Positions 60,645-60,731 of a DNA stretch of 60,731 nucleotides are shown here, piece after piece. The DNA comes from a virus: IMG/VR virus record IMGVR_UViG_3300045988_115457; one strand, 5' to 3'. How positions within the stretch are numbered: position 1 is the first letter of the stretch; the number at the start of each line of letters is the position of its first letter. Made by a program: the position numbers and the translations under genes. The notes under the pieces are model-generated. The model made no database searches, was not told the origin of the DNA, and saw only the letters and a list, made by a program, of their open reading frames with translations.

Positions 60645-60731
60645 TTAGTCAATTATTTCAAATGTAACTTTCACTTTTTTACAGCGAAAGCCTTTCTTAT
60701 ACATCTGTTTCCATGTCAAATTAGTTCCGTC
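60645..60731 (-). CDS. 3' part of the junction-spanning small ORF (see 1..154)
   Basis: ...GFRCKKVKVTFEIID, stop TAA at 60645-60647. Confidence 0.4.
   Translation of the reverse strand, partial: DGTNLTWKQMYKKGFRCKKVKVTFEIID
60677..60731. repeat. second copy of the 55-bp terminal overlap
   Basis: Identical to 1..55. Confidence 0.95.

Noticed and set aside
1-60731. Stop-codon reassignment (TAG or TGA recoding, as in some gut phages), which would give the odd tRNA-like genes a suppressor role
   Set aside because: ORFs of 5.8 kb and 4.1 kb and all conserved genes are intact in the standard code. TAA, TGA and TAG (about ten genes) all terminate ORFs at sensible positions. None of the tRNA-like elements has an anticodon loop that could carry CUA, UCA or UUA.

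Overview
The window is one complete replicon. Its first and last 55 bp are identical, so it is a circular or circularly permuted genome of about 60.68 kb from a temperate, siphovirus-type tailed phage. The host is probably Bacteroidales. That is an inference from the Bacteroides-type tyrosine integrase, TTTG/TAnnTTTG promoter-like boxes, many lipobox proteins and AT-rich leaders without Shine-Dalgarno sites. Nearly all genes lie on the minus strand. Following minus-strand transcription from the immunity region at ~10.75 kb: (1) an early/recombination/replication arm (10.7 kb down to 0.2 kb) with a LuxR-like HTH, Rad52/Sak-like annealase, SSB-like protein, NinB-like protein, VRR-NUC, DnaD-like and DnaC-like proteins and a C5-methyltransferase; (2) across the junction (60.7 down to 53.1 kb), a NUMOD-like protein, a second Xer-like tyrosine recombinase, a truncated N6-MTase-like gene, DUF551, YopX, an ASCH-like protein, a Rha antirepressor and a ParB-N/DUF4417-like protein; (3) packaging and morphogenesis (52.0 down to 24.5 kb): three basic paralogs, TerS, TerL, portal, a 7.6-kb accessory island, scaffold, MCP, connectors, major tail protein, G/GT chaperones, a 1356-aa tape measure and a 1922-aa tail protein; (4) a lysis cassette, tail fibre and SGNH esterase (24.3 down to 18.2 kb); (5) an unrecognisable 8-gene cassette (16.7 down to 13.4 kb) next to the attP/integrase/CI-like module, which is on the plus strand at 10.8-12.7 kb. 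The leads I consider most worth follow-up: (a) four non-canonical tRNA-like genes with intact acceptor/T (and D) architecture but no usable anticodon arm: a 100-nt branched insert, a 54-nt insert, a 4-nt tetraloop, and a minihelix; (b) three tandem, very basic small paralogs upstream of terminase that share an identical N-terminal nonapeptide MAKTSGGIR encoded by different codons, the middle one split at a G6 run; (c) an uncharacterised cargo cassette at 13.4-16.7 kb encoding Trp/Gly/Asn-rich membrane, Gly/Tyr-rich and HExxH proteins; (d) a [G/S]Y[G/S] low-complexity protein encoded by a hexanucleotide tandem repeat; (e) several families of conserved hairpin or terminator-like elements and long structured leaders punctuating the operons; (f) a truncated, motif-IV-less N6-methylase-like gene coupled to a second recombinase. 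Everything rests on reading the sequence and remembered family motifs. No database search or folding program was run.
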